This document shows, in pieces, positions 18,733 through 27,421 of a stretch of 32,000 bases of DNA. The notes below the pieces were generated by a model. That model was not told the DNA's origin and did not search any database. It saw only the letters and a program-made list of their open reading frames with translations. Numbering within the stretch: the stretch's first letter is position 1; each line of letters starts with the position of its first letter. Location: positions 1,440,001 through 1,472,000 of the forward strand of contig NZ_CP010341.1 in NCBI RefSeq assembly GCF_000940845.1. The letters are read 5' to 3'. Origin of the DNA: Propionibacterium freudenreichii subsp. freudenreichii (GTDB lineage Bacteria > Actinomycetota > Actinomycetes > Propionibacteriales > Propionibacteriaceae). The translations under genes were made by a program, and so were the position numbers.

Positions 18733-19350
18733 TCACTTCTTGCCGGCTTCACGTCCGGCTTGCGGTGCCTTCCTGCGGTTGCGGGACGGTCCCGCTGTGC
18801 CCTTGTCAGGACGCTCCTGCGAGGGCGAGATCTTGGGCTGCGACGGCACGGCCGGTGCCGTGGCGGCCGGGTCATCGGCCACAGGCCCCGCTGGTGCCGG
18901 ATCGGGGGCCGGTGCCGGATCAGTGGTCGGTGCCGCGGGCTCTGCGTCGCGCGGCGGGTCCGCCGGATCCAGGGCCCGCTCGGCGGCCGCCATCTGCTCG
19001 GGGGTCGCGGCCTCCGGCGAGGTGCCCCCACCGGGCCGGGCAGCCGGTGAGGCGCCCAGGCCGACCGTCACCGGGGTGAGCACCACCGGATCGATCTGGT
19101 CATTGGGTCGCGGGATCACCGACTCGGCGAACACGGAGGTGATCTGGCTCGCAGCCGCCCTGGCGGCCGCGATGGCCGACTGCACGGCCGAGACCTGGCC
19201 GGTGATCTTCACCGTCACCATGCCCATGCCGTCGGTCGTCTCGTAGCCGACCAGGCGCACATCGGCCGCCTTGCAGGCGACGTCCGCCGCGGTGATCGCG
19301 GCAGGCAGTCCCAGCACCTCAATGGTGCCCAGAGCTTGGGTGAGCTGCAT
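18733..19350 (-). CDS. pduK: BMC-H shell protein with a long disordered C-terminal extension (PduK-like)
   Basis: N-terminal ~90 aa BMC domain ([32 protein letters not shown]...VIPRP), then ~115 aa Pro/Ala/Asp-rich sequence ending in [25 protein letters not shown] upstream. Confidence 0.85.
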   Translation of the reverse strand: MQLTQALGTIEVLGLPAAITAADVACKAADVRLVGYETTDGMGMVTVKITGQVSAVQSAIAAARAAASQITSVFAESVIPRPNDQIDPVVLTPVTVGLGASPAARPGGGTSPEAATPEQMAAAERALDPADPPRDAEPAAPTTDPAPAPDPAPAGPVADDPAATAPAVPSQPKISPSQERPDKGTAGPSRNRRKAPQAGREAGKK

Positions 19351-19366
19351 CTCGTCTCCTCGTGTC

Positions 19367-19711
19367 CTAGTTCATCGGTAGTAGCGGTATGCGCTTGACC
19401 AGTCGGGCCGCGTTGGCTCCGATGGCCCGGTTGCGCGCGGCGTCCCGGCTCAGGTTGACGGCGATGTAGGGACGCTCGGCGGGCAGCTTCTCCGTGGTGA
19501 TCACGGCATAGCTGAGGGCGACCCCGATGCCCACGCCGAGACGGGATTCCACGCTCGCCTCGTGCGCCAGCTCAAGGGGATTGATGCTTGCCTGCCAGGT
19601 GACAGTGCTCGGCACCCCCTCCTCCTCCATGCCGAAGCAGATATCGGCGATCTGATCAGCCGTGATCTGATCGCTGACGCGCATGTTGATCGTCGGCTTG
19701 TCGGTGTTCAT
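19367..19711 (-). CDS. pduH: Diol dehydratase reactivase small subunit
   Basis: 114 aa. Position and size match PduH/DdrB. ATGA overlap with pduG. Confidence 0.8.
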   Translation of the reverse strand: MNTDKPTINMRVSDQITADQIADICFGMEEEGVPSTVTWQASINPLELAHEASVESRLGVGIGVALSYAVITTEKLPAERPYIAVNLSRDAARNRAIGANAARLVKRIPLLPMN

Positions 19712-21522
19712 CGGCCTGCCTCCCAGACGAGCACGAGTCCGGTGGCCACCGCATTGCGCGGCCCCTCGGTGCCCCGGGTGTTGGCGCGCCCGGCGACCAC
19801 GCGGAACTCAGCCAACGCATGGGTCACGAATTGTGGGATCTCGAAATCGAGCGCCGAGCCACCCACGAGCACGACATGGGCGATGTCGCGGACATTGTTG
19901 GTGGGGCTCACCGCGGCGAGGGCCCGCATGGCATTGGTCACGAAGACCCGCTGCTTGGCGTGGATACGCACCTGGCGGATCACCTCGAGGGGATGGCGCA
20001 GGGGCAGGGGGATCATCCCGTCGGGATGGAGCACCACGGTGCGCGCGAACAGCTCGGGGGCCAGCGGCTCGTCGAAGAACTGCACGGTGCCGTCCTCGTG
20101 GCGGATGCTGAACAGCGTCTCGACGCGGGCGAGCGGATAGCGCTTGATGTTCTCCGCGTCCTCCTCGCTGTCGAGTCCCAGCTCCATCTTGATGAGCAGC
20201 GTGACCATGTTCCCGGCCCCGGCCAGGTGCACTGACCTGGCCGGCTGGCCCTCGCGCAGGACGGAGGCGTCGGTTGATCCGGCGCCCATGTCGAGGATGG
20301 CGATCGGCACGGAGGTGCCCGGTGTGGTGAGTGCCCCACGGATGGCCATGTCGGCCTCCACGCCGCCGACCTCCACCCGTACGGCGAATTGTTCGGTCAT
20401 CTCCTCGGCGATGCGCTGCATCTGGAGGCGGTCTGCCTTGACCATCACGGCGATGCCGACGGCTGCCTCCAGCGAGAACTCACCGGCCACCCCGCCGGTG
20501 ACCTTCTGGGGGACGTTGGTATCCACGGCCAACAGGTCGGTGACCTCGATGCCGGCCGGGTCGCGGTCGGTGAGCCGGCCCATGGTGACCCGCACCTTCT
20601 CCATCATCCCGCCGATGTTGGTGCCGGGCTCGCCCTTGATGTCGCGGATGGTGCCCACGGACTCGGCCGCGTGCATGATCTCCTGCGCCCCGCGATCGAC
20701 GTCCACCTCGGCGGTGCGATCGCCCAGGAAGCGCAGGCTGCCGGCAGGAATGTGGCGTTCGGTGACATCTCCGGCGGGGGTCTTGATCACGACGGCGGAG
20801 CGGTTGCCCACCAATGACCTGGCCATGGGGACGACGCTGGCCGTCTCGTCGGGGCTCAGGCCGAACATGGTGGCGATGCCGTAGGGATTGGAGAGCGTCT
20901 CGACGATCCGGCCGACTTCGGCCACCTCGATCGCCGCCGGCATGCCGATCGGTACCTTGTCGATCAGTTTGACCTCATCGACGATCGGGATCTTGGCGGT
21001 CAGCCGGTTGTCGACCAGCACGCCGTCGTCCAATTGCAGGATGGCACCGGTGATGTTCACCCGGGCGGCCGCCTCATTGATCCGGGCGGCCACGTCGAGG
21101 AAGCCATGGGTGTGGTCGGCCACGACGATGTAGGGCTCACCGGCGCTGGCCTGCCCGAGGTCGTCGAGACGGATGGTCGTGCCGACCCCGACGCCCAGTC
21201 CCCCGGGGGTCGAGGGGTTGTGGCCGATCATGGTCGACTCAGTGATGATCGTCTCGGAGATGGTCTCCATGGCCACATCGCCGATCACCGGCGCCGCCTC
21301 GTTGATCCGGATGAGGTCGAGTTGCTCCAGTTCACGGCCGGCGGTCTGGAGTGCCTGGGTGATCGCCTGGAACACCCCCTGGGTGTTCTGTTGGGTGCCC
21401 TTGATGCCGGTGGTCGACACGATGGCCGACGCAAGGAACCGCGGCGGGGCACCCGCGGCGACGTCCGCGAGTGCCACCTCCGTGGTCGCATTGCCGATAT
21501 CGACACCGGCGATGAGCGTCAT
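19708..21522 (-). CDS. pduG: Diol dehydratase reactivase large subunit
   Basis: 604 aa. MTLIAGVDIGNATTEVALA N-terminus and overall length are typical of PduG/DdrA. Confidence 0.9.
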   Translation of the reverse strand: MTLIAGVDIGNATTEVALADVAAGAPPRFLASAIVSTTGIKGTQQNTQGVFQAITQALQTAGRELEQLDLIRINEAAPVIGDVAMETISETIITESTMIGHNPSTPGGLGVGVGTTIRLDDLGQASAGEPYIVVADHTHGFLDVAARINEAAARVNITGAILQLDDGVLVDNRLTAKIPIVDEVKLIDKVPIGMPAAIEVAEVGRIVETLSNPYGIATMFGLSPDETASVVPMARSLVGNRSAVVIKTPAGDVTERHIPAGSLRFLGDRTAEVDVDRGAQEIMHAAESVGTIRDIKGEPGTNIGGMMEKVRVTMGRLTDRDPAGIEVTDLLAVDTNVPQKVTGGVAGEFSLEAAVGIAVMVKADRLQMQRIAEEMTEQFAVRVEVGGVEADMAIRGALTTPGTSVPIAILDMGAGSTDASVLREGQPARSVHLAGAGNMVTLLIKMELGLDSEEDAENIKRYPLARVETLFSIRHEDGTVQFFDEPLAPELFARTVVLHPDGMIPLPLRHPLEVIRQVRIHAKQRVFVTNAMRALAAVSPTNNVRDIAHVVLVGGSALDFEIPQFVTHALAEFRVVAGRANTRGTEGPRNAVATGLVLVWEAGR

Positions 21523-21557
21523 GTTTACCCAGACCTCCAGATTTCCGACGTCAGTGC

Positions 21558-22091
21558 CTACGCGTCCGCCTTGAGGCGGCCCCGCTTCTCGTAGACATCG
21601 GCAGCCTCACGAATGAAGGCGGCATTGATGGTGCAGCCGTACTTCGTCTCGAGGCCGTCGGCGATCGCATACAGCTCGGCCTTCGTCGAACGGTAGGGGC
21701 GCAGGGCGTTGTAGACGTCCAGCACCTCCTCGTCGGGCACCTGGATGAGCTCTGCGGCGCGACGCAGGTTGCGGGCCAGCGCGTCACGGTCGGCCGATTC
21801 GGCCACCTGTGCCTGCATCTCAAGGGTCTCCGGGGCAATCCGGAAGTCCTTGGCGGTCAACTCGCCGCTCTTCACCTTGTCGAAGGTGAAGTCAGACAGG
21901 GCCCGACCCGATGCCGACTTGATCTGCTCGGGAACCTTCTCGCCCAGCGGATACGAGGACTTGTCCACCCGATGTGCGGCACCAGTGGTGCTGGGGGCAG
22001 CAGCGGGCAACTTGTCGAATGCGACATTGTCCTGGTTGAGGTTTGCCATGACCTCGCCCATGATCTGACGAATCAGTTCTTCGGAATCCAT
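21558..22091 (-). CDS. pduE: B12-dependent diol dehydratase small subunit
   Basis: The ORF track extends to 22148. ATG 22091 is preceded by GGAGAGG and follows the pduD stop. 177 aa starting MDSEELIRQIMGEVMANL. Confidence 0.88.
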   Translation of the reverse strand: MDSEELIRQIMGEVMANLNQDNVAFDKLPAAAPSTTGAAHRVDKSSYPLGEKVPEQIKSASGRALSDFTFDKVKSGELTAKDFRIAPETLEMQAQVAESADRDALARNLRRAAELIQVPDEEVLDVYNALRPYRSTKAELYAIADGLETKYGCTINAAFIREAADVYEKRGRLKADA

Positions 22092-22099
22092 TGCCTCTC

Positions 22100-22783
22100 C
22101 TACCGGTACTCGACCCGAAGTGCCTGGGTCTTCTTGTTCAGATCGCACATCTGGGTTTCCTTGATGTGCAACAGGGCGGCGATTGCCTGGTACTTCGGAC
22201 GTGCCATCTGGTCATTGACCACCGGCACGGGGTCGGGCGACTCACCCTTCGCGTAGCGGGCGGCATTCTTGCCGATCGCCCGGAAGGTGGCCAGATCGAT
22301 CAACGGGGACTGGCTGAACAGCTCCAGGTTCGACAGCGGCGGCAGGTCCTTCTGGTGGATCACCGTGGTGCCGCGCGACTGGATGCCGATGCCCACGCCC
22401 GAGCCCGACAGCACCGCGGCGTCGTGGGCGATGAAGCCCACATCGGCGGTACGGAACACCCGGATGAACCGGTAGGTCAGGCCCTCCTCCTCGATGCCGG
22501 CGCAGATTTCGCGCAGCACCTCGGCGTGCGGGATACCGATGATCGTCTTGGTGATGCGTCCGCCGAAGGCCGGGGCCAGGGCGATCACCACCTCCCGGGG
22601 ATTGGTACCCCGCGGGGCGGGGCCCTCCTCGGTGATCTCGAGCTGGTCACCGGATGCCTCGGTCAGCGACGGCGCGGTGGCCATCGCGGTGGCGCTTCCC
22701 GCACCGGTGCCCTGTGCGTCTCCGGCGGCGGCGAATTCCTTGACCACTTCTTCAATGATGGTGCGCAGTGTCTTCTCGTCCAT
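22100..22783 (-). CDS. pduD: B12-dependent diol dehydratase medium subunit
   Basis: 227 aa from ATG 22783 (GAGG 8 nt upstream). The N-terminal [17 protein letters not shown] resembles the PduD encapsulation peptide. The ORF track begins at GTG 22792. Confidence 0.9.
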   Translation of the reverse strand: MDEKTLRTIIEEVVKEFAAAGDAQGTGAGSATAMATAPSLTEASGDQLEITEEGPAPRGTNPREVVIALAPAFGGRITKTIIGIPHAEVLREICAGIEEEGLTYRFIRVFRTADVGFIAHDAAVLSGSGVGIGIQSRGTTVIHQKDLPPLSNLELFSQSPLIDLATFRAIGKNAARYAKGESPDPVPVVNDQMARPKYQAIAALLHIKETQMCDLNKKTQALRVEYR

Positions 22784-22793
22784 CGTCATCACC

Positions 22794-24455
22794 TCAGATG
22801 CTCTCGGGACTGATCGCCTGGCGAATGGTCTTCAACTTGTCCCATCGCTCATCAGTCATCTGGTAGCCGGTGCCGGGCCCGCGGTAATCGTTCGGGTAGT
22901 TCACCGCGCTGATCACTTGGAAGTCCTCGTTGAGGATTGCCGAGGTGTGCAGGTAGTCGCCGGCAACGCGCTGCTTGAGCATGTTGTAGACGGAATTAGC
23001 GACATCCTCGAACCCGGCGCGATCCAGGGCGAGGACGATGTCCACACCGGTGATCCCGCGCTTCATGAGGTCCTCGGCGGCCTTCAGGTCCTCGACCACA
23101 TTGCGTGCCGGCATGTCCTTGGAACCGCGCGCATAGGTGGCGGCCTCCACCTCTTCATCGGTCACCTCAGTGAGTCCGAGTTCGCGGAAGATGGCCTGGA
23201 TCACCCGGGCCGCCTTGTTGCGCACCCGCACCACGTCCTCCTCGACCACGGGCTGGAGCCCGCCGTCGATCTTGAGGTCGCGCTGGATGATCAGCCAGTC
23301 GTCGTAGTCGTCGGCGTCCCAGTTCGATCCGGCGAACATGTTGTCGTAGTTCGGGGTGGCCGAGTAGCCCGAGCAGATGAAGTCGGTGCCGGGCACGAAC
23401 TGCATCAGCGAGCGCGCAACGCGGCGCAGATCGGAGTGGGTGAACGTCTGGTCGTTCGACGAGGCGCATTCCAGGTCGAGGCTCATGGCAATGAGGTTCT
23501 CGGCCAGCACCGCGCGGATGCCGCTGGGCACTGCGGCCGGAACGCCGATGCACGACACCGAACCATTCTGGATGCCCTGCGAGCCGGCGCCCTTGGTGAT
23601 GTAGAGGCAGCGGGCCTCCAGGTAGAGCATCGACTTGCCCTCGGCTGCGCCCATCTGCACCTCGGAGCCGGTGCCCGAGGTGAAGCGCATCTTCAGGCCG
23701 CGCGACGCGTAGCAGGAGGCCAGGAAGGACTTGGACCACGGCGTGTCGTCGCCGTCCATGAACACCTGCTCGGTGCCGTAGACCGAGACGGTCTCGGCAT
23801 AGGCGGTGAAGCCGCGCATGCCCAGGGCCAGCTCGGTGGCCTCCTCCACCGAACACTGGGTGAGGATGCCGGGACGACCCACCTGCGAGCCCACCATGTT
23901 GGCGATGGCATTGAAGGGTGCATAGCGCACGATACCGACGGTGGTCTCCTCCTCGGCGAAGCCGCGCAGGGCGCCCTCGGCCGCGTCGGCGGCGATCTGG
24001 ACCGGGTTGTCCTTCAGGTTGGTGACGTGCGCCTGATTGGCCGGGAACAGCCGGGCACGCATCTTGGTGACGGCCATCATCATCTCCAGCACCGACATGG
24101 TGCCGACCACCTCGGTGATCTTGGCCGGAGTCATGGCCGTGGTGAGCTGCACCACTTCCGCACGCGGAACGTGGAAGTCCATCATCTGCCGGGCCAGCTC
24201 ACGCGAGTCGGTCTTGCAGACCTCCTCGGCCTTGTCGAGCCGGATTCCGTAGTCGGCGATGAAGGTGTCGATCATGTCGAAGTCGGCGCGCTGCTTGCCG
24301 TCGAGCTCGACGACCACCCCGTCCTCGATCCGGATCGAGGGGGTCGGGTCGTTGGGCCCGTTCATGGCGATCAGGCCCACCTCGGGCCATTCCGTGACGT
24401 AGCCGTCCTGGTTGACAGGGCGGGCGTCCAGTGCCTCGAAACGCTTGCTTTTCAC
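22794..24455 (-). CDS. pduC: B12-dependent diol (propanediol/glycerol) dehydratase large subunit
   Basis: 553 aa. (M)[18 protein letters not shown]-terminus and length are typical of PduC/DhaB. GTG start with GAGG upstream. Confidence 0.95.
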   Translation of the reverse strand: MKSKRFEALDARPVNQDGYVTEWPEVGLIAMNGPNDPTPSIRIEDGVVVELDGKQRADFDMIDTFIADYGIRLDKAEEVCKTDSRELARQMMDFHVPRAEVVQLTTAMTPAKITEVVGTMSVLEMMMAVTKMRARLFPANQAHVTNLKDNPVQIAADAAEGALRGFAEEETTVGIVRYAPFNAIANMVGSQVGRPGILTQCSVEEATELALGMRGFTAYAETVSVYGTEQVFMDGDDTPWSKSFLASCYASRGLKMRFTSGTGSEVQMGAAEGKSMLYLEARCLYITKGAGSQGIQNGSVSCIGVPAAVPSGIRAVLAENLIAMSLDLECASSNDQTFTHSDLRRVARSLMQFVPGTDFICSGYSATPNYDNMFAGSNWDADDYDDWLIIQRDLKIDGGLQPVVEEDVVRVRNKAARVIQAIFRELGLTEVTDEEVEAATYARGSKDMPARNVVEDLKAAEDLMKRGITGVDIVLALDRAGFEDVANSVYNMLKQRVAGDYLHTSAILNEDFQVISAVNYPNDYRGPGTGYQMTDERWDKLKTIRQAISPESI

Positions 24456-24469
24456 GAAGCTGCCTCGTC

Positions 24470-25279
24470 TCAGATGTAGGGCGTGGTGGTTGACGTGGGA
24501 ACGTCGCCCATGGCGCCGAGGAGTTCCAGGCCGGTCGCGCGAGCGGCGATGATGGCCTGGCGGACTGCTCCGGAGTCACCGGTGAAACACGAGATGACCT
24601 CATTGGAGTAGCTGGTGCCGTGGGCGGGGCTGGAGTAGCCGATCACGTCGATGGTCGATGCCTTGACGGCCGTGTCAGCCAGGACCACGCCAATGGCGGC
24701 GGGTGCACCGACGGTGATTCCGAAGGCCTTGCCGACGGGTGCGCCGAAGGCCTTGTTGAGTGCATGGCTGGCGCGCGCGGTGTACTGGAACTCCAGGTGA
24801 CCGGCATCGTTGCCGTAGACGTCACCGAAGGTGCGGTCCAGCTCACCGAGGGTGACCTCGACGGCGCGACGCGCGTCCGAGACGTCCTCGGCACCCAGGA
24901 TGATGAGGGAGCCGTGGCCGGCCCCTCCCTTGGTGTCGCGGGCCAGCTCGATGGACACGACCTCGGTATTGGTGGCCTTCACGCCCTCGTCGGCCGCGAA
25001 GATGTGCGGGCCGGCGCCGGTGCGGTCACCGATGATGCCGATCGAGCGGTACTTGGGATCGATCTTCATCAGGGCGTGGATCTGCGGATCCACGTTCGGG
25101 ATGACCAGGCCGATGGTATCGCCGAGCGCCGAGGTACCGACGAACTCCGTGGCCTCGGGGCGTCCGATGGATGCCGGCACGCTCGGGGCGGCTGCACGCG
25201 GTGCGGCAGAGGCGGGCTCATTGCCGATCTTCGCCATCACGGCCGACATGATCTGGTCGACCAGTTGCTCATTCGCCAT
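24470..25279 (-). CDS. pduB: Tandem-domain BMC-T shell protein
   Basis: 269 aa. N-terminal MANEQLVDQIMSAVMAKI helix, then two BMC-like repeats (TEFVGT...IGLVIPNVD; GITVGAPAAIGVVLADTAVKAS). Confidence 0.9.
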   Translation of the reverse strand: MANEQLVDQIMSAVMAKIGNEPASAAPRAAAPSVPASIGRPEATEFVGTSALGDTIGLVIPNVDPQIHALMKIDPKYRSIGIIGDRTGAGPHIFAADEGVKATNTEVVSIELARDTKGGAGHGSLIILGAEDVSDARRAVEVTLGELDRTFGDVYGNDAGHLEFQYTARASHALNKAFGAPVGKAFGITVGAPAAIGVVLADTAVKASTIDVIGYSSPAHGTSYSNEVISCFTGDSGAVRQAIIAARATGLELLGAMGDVPTSTTTPYI

Positions 25280-25293
25280 GGTTGATCACAACC

Positions 25294-25578
25294 TCACTTC
25301 TGGTCCGCGAACGACGGGAGGATCTTCTCCACGTCGGCGTGCGGGCGCGGGATCACGTGGACGGACACGAGTTCGCCAACGTTCTGGGCGGCCACGGCAC
25401 CGGCATCGGTGGCGGCCTTGACCGCGCCGACGTCACCGCGCACCAGCACGGTCACCAGGCCGGAACCCACGCGCTGGCTTCCGATAAGCGTCACATTGGC
25501 CGACTTGACCATTGCATCAGCAGCTTCGACGGCCGGGACAAAACCCTTTGTCTCCACCATCCCCAGGGCATCTTGCAT
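25294..25578 (-). CDS. pduA: BMC-H shell hexamer protein, first gene of the operon
   Basis: [29 protein letters not shown]...VHVIPRP. ATG 25578 is preceded by AAGGAG with 6-nt spacing. The ORF track starts at 25614. Confidence 0.9.
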   Translation of the reverse strand: MQDALGMVETKGFVPAVEAADAMVKSANVTLIGSQRVGSGLVTVLVRGDVGAVKAATDAGAVAAQNVGELVSVHVIPRPHADVEKILPSFADQK

Positions 25579-25728
25579 TCCGAACTCCTTCATTGGATTT
25601 GGTCGGATCGCCATTCACAGGTCCGGCGACCCTGCCGGGCAATACCCCGAGACTAGATGCGTGGATAGGGTGAAAATCGCACATCGACTGTCCAATTTCC
25701 GCGCACCTGCGCGAGCCTCCGACAACAC

Positions 25729-25757
25729 GAAAGTGCAAGTCCCGACAAGAAAGTGCA
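25729..25757. promoter_or_regulatory. Direct repeat GAAAGTGCA x2 (20-bp periodicity) in the pduA / pduU-fragment divergent control region
   Basis: GAAAGTGCA at 25729-25737 and 25749-25757. The nearby palindrome GCGCAccTGCGC lies at 25701-12. Candidate regulator-binding sites; no cognate regulator gene is in the window. Confidence 0.3.
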
Positions 25758-25904
25758 CCTGTGGCGATGGCAGGGAGCTTTTCCGTGCCGATGGCGGCCC
25801 GCGACGCCTCCGGGCACCGATCAGGCACGAGAATGGCCCTTAGACCTGGTGGCTGCGTCGCCGGGCACCCGGCCCTCAGGTCATGCACCCAGGAAGGTCA
25901 TTGA

Positions 25905-25997
25905 ATGTCGGACAAGCAACGCATCATCCAGGAGTTCGTCCCGGGCAAGCAGGTGACCCTGGCCCACGTGGTCGCCAATCCGGGTCTTCTCAGATGA
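25905..25997 (+). pseudogene. pduU: 5' fragment of a pduU/eutS-type (permuted BMC) shell gene, truncated by IS insertion
   Basis: AGGAAGG RBS, then [27 protein letters not shown], matching the conserved PduU/EutS N-terminus ([20 protein letters not shown]). From about 25983 the frame runs into the IS inverted repeat and stops at 25995-25997. Confidence 0.75.
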
Positions 25998-27421
25998 GGG
26001 TGTAGGTCGGCCGGGCGCGTCGGTCCGCAGATAGACGTCGAGGTCTCCCGACGATGGAGGTTCCTACGCCATCCATCCGAAAGACCTCGACGTGTCCGAC
26101 GCTACCCCGCCGGCCGGCTTCGGCCGCCCTGACCTGACCGCCTTCGCTCGACTCGACGGCCTCGGTCTGAGCGTGACCGGACAACGACTTGAACCGGATC
26201 GTGCGGTCCTCGCGTGCCGCGTGGTGGAACCAGATCAGTGGTGCCGACGGTGCGGCAGCGAAGGCGCTGCTCGTGACACCGTGATCCGGCGGTTGGCCCA
26301 CGAGCCGCTGGGCTGGCGACCGACCGTGCTGGAAGTTGTAGTGCGCCGCTACCGCTGTGCCGACTGCGGACACGTGTGGCGCCAAGACACCAGCGCCGCG
26401 GCGGAGCCACGCGCGAAGCTCTCGCGCACCGGGCTGCGGTGGGCGCTGGAAGGGATCGTGGTCGCACACCTCACCGTCGCCCGTGTCGCCGAGGGACTCG
26501 GGGTCGCGTGGGACACCGCCAACAACGCGGTCCTGGCTGAAGGCAAGCGGCTGCTGATCAACGACCCCACGCGGTTTGAGGGCGTGAAGGTCATTGGCGT
26601 CGATGAGCACGTCTGGCGCCACACCAGGCGTGGCGACAAGTACGTCACCGTGATCATCGACCTCACCCCGGTCCGCGATGGCGCCGGCCCAGCAAGGCTG
26701 CTGGACATGGTCGAGGGCCGGTCGAAGGCGGCGTTCAAGACCTGGCTCGCCGACCGCGACGACGCCTTCCGTGACGCGGTCGAGGTGGTCGCGATGGACG
26801 GCTTCACCGGGTTCAAGACCGCCGCTGCAGAGGAGATCCCGGACGCGGTCACGGTGATGGATCCCTTCCACGTCGTGCGCCTGGCCGGTGACGCCCTCGA
26901 CAGGTGCCGGCGCCGGGTCCAACTCGCGATCCACGGGCACCGTGGGTTCAGGGACGACCCGCTCTACAAGTCGCGGCGCACGCTGCACACCGGCGCGGAC
27001 CTGCTCACCGACAAGCAGAGCGACAGGCTACGCGCGCTGTTCGTTGATGACGCTCACGTCGAGGTCGAGGCGACCTGGGGTGTCTACCAGCGCATGATCG
27101 CCGCCTATCGCCACGAGGACCGGCAACGTGGCCGCGAGCTCATGGAGAAGCTGATCACCGACCTCAGCGCCGGCGTCCCCAAGGTGCTCACCGAGCTCAC
27201 CACCCTGGGCCGGACCCTGAAGAAGCGAGCCGCTGACGTGCTCGCCTACTTCGAACGACCCGGCACCAGCAACGGGCCGACCGAGGCGCTCAACGGACGG
27301 CTCGAACACCTGCGCGGCTCCGCACTCGGGTTCCGCAACCTGACCAACTACATCGCCCGAAGCCTGCTCGAGACCGGCGGCTTCAGACCCCAACTCCTAC
27401 ACCCCCGATTGGGATGAGCCC
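25982..27421 (+). mobile_element. ISL3-family insertion sequence (~1.44 kb); end coordinates within a few nt
   Basis: Imperfect terminal inverted repeats: GGGTCTTCTCAGATGAGGGTGTAGG (25982-26006) versus the reverse complement of CCTACACCCCCGATTGGGATGAGCCC (27396-27421). They share GGGTGTAGG and a GG(G)(C)TC terminus reminiscent of the ISL3 GGCTCTT ends. One transposase gene. No target-site duplication found. Confidence 0.75.
26092..27417 (+). CDS. ISL3-family transposase
   Basis: 441 aa. N-terminal zinc-finger pattern (CRRCG...CADCGH). DDE region with VIGVDEH, VIIDL, AMDGFTGFK, DPFHVV. C-terminal NGPTEALNGRLEHLRGSALGFRNLTNY is typical of ISL3. The stop lies inside the right IR. Confidence 0.9.
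   Translation: MSDATPPAGFGRPDLTAFARLDGLGLSVTGQRLEPDRAVLACRVVEPDQWCRRCGSEGAARDTVIRRLAHEPLGWRPTVLEVVVRRYRCADCGHVWRQDTSAAAEPRAKLSRTGLRWALEGIVVAHLTVARVAEGLGVAWDTANNAVLAEGKRLLINDPTRFEGVKVIGVDEHVWRHTRRGDKYVTVIIDLTPVRDGAGPARLLDMVEGRSKAAFKTWLADRDDAFRDAVEVVAMDGFTGFKTAAAEEIPDAVTVMDPFHVVRLAGDALDRCRRRVQLAIHGHRGFRDDPLYKSRRTLHTGADLLTDKQSDRLRALFVDDAHVEVEATWGVYQRMIAAYRHEDRQRGRELMEKLITDLSAGVPKVLTELTTLGRTLKKRAADVLAYFERPGTSNGPTEALNGRLEHLRGSALGFRNLTNYIARSLLETGGFRPQLLHPRLG

Noticed and set aside
13970-24479. Large plus-strand ORFs across the pdu operon (13970-15106, 15334-16617, 17463-18590, 18320-19246, 22494-24479)
   Set aside because: All are antisense to recognisable pdu genes and have the Gly/Arg/His/Asp-rich look of GC-shadow frames.
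25579-25700. Looked for a B12 riboswitch or other known leader upstream of pduA
   Set aside because: There is no GGGAA/GGTG core or B12 box on the minus strand here. The only cobalamin riboswitch is at 12676-12868 on the other side of the operon.
25623-25864. Possible inverted repeats (CCGGCGAC / GTCGCCGG) flanking the pdu promoter, suggesting an invertible switch for the recombinase-like protein
   Set aside because: The match is only 8 bp in very GC-rich DNA, which is within chance expectation, and it does not extend further.
25810-25869. Direct repeat CCGGGCACC at 25810 and 25861
   Set aside because: A 9-mer of GC-rich composition 51 bp apart, with no phasing or extension. It is not distinguishable from chance.
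25990-26988. 332-aa minus-strand ORF inside the IS
   Set aside because: It is antisense to the ISL3 transposase, which has clear family motifs, so it is a shadow frame.
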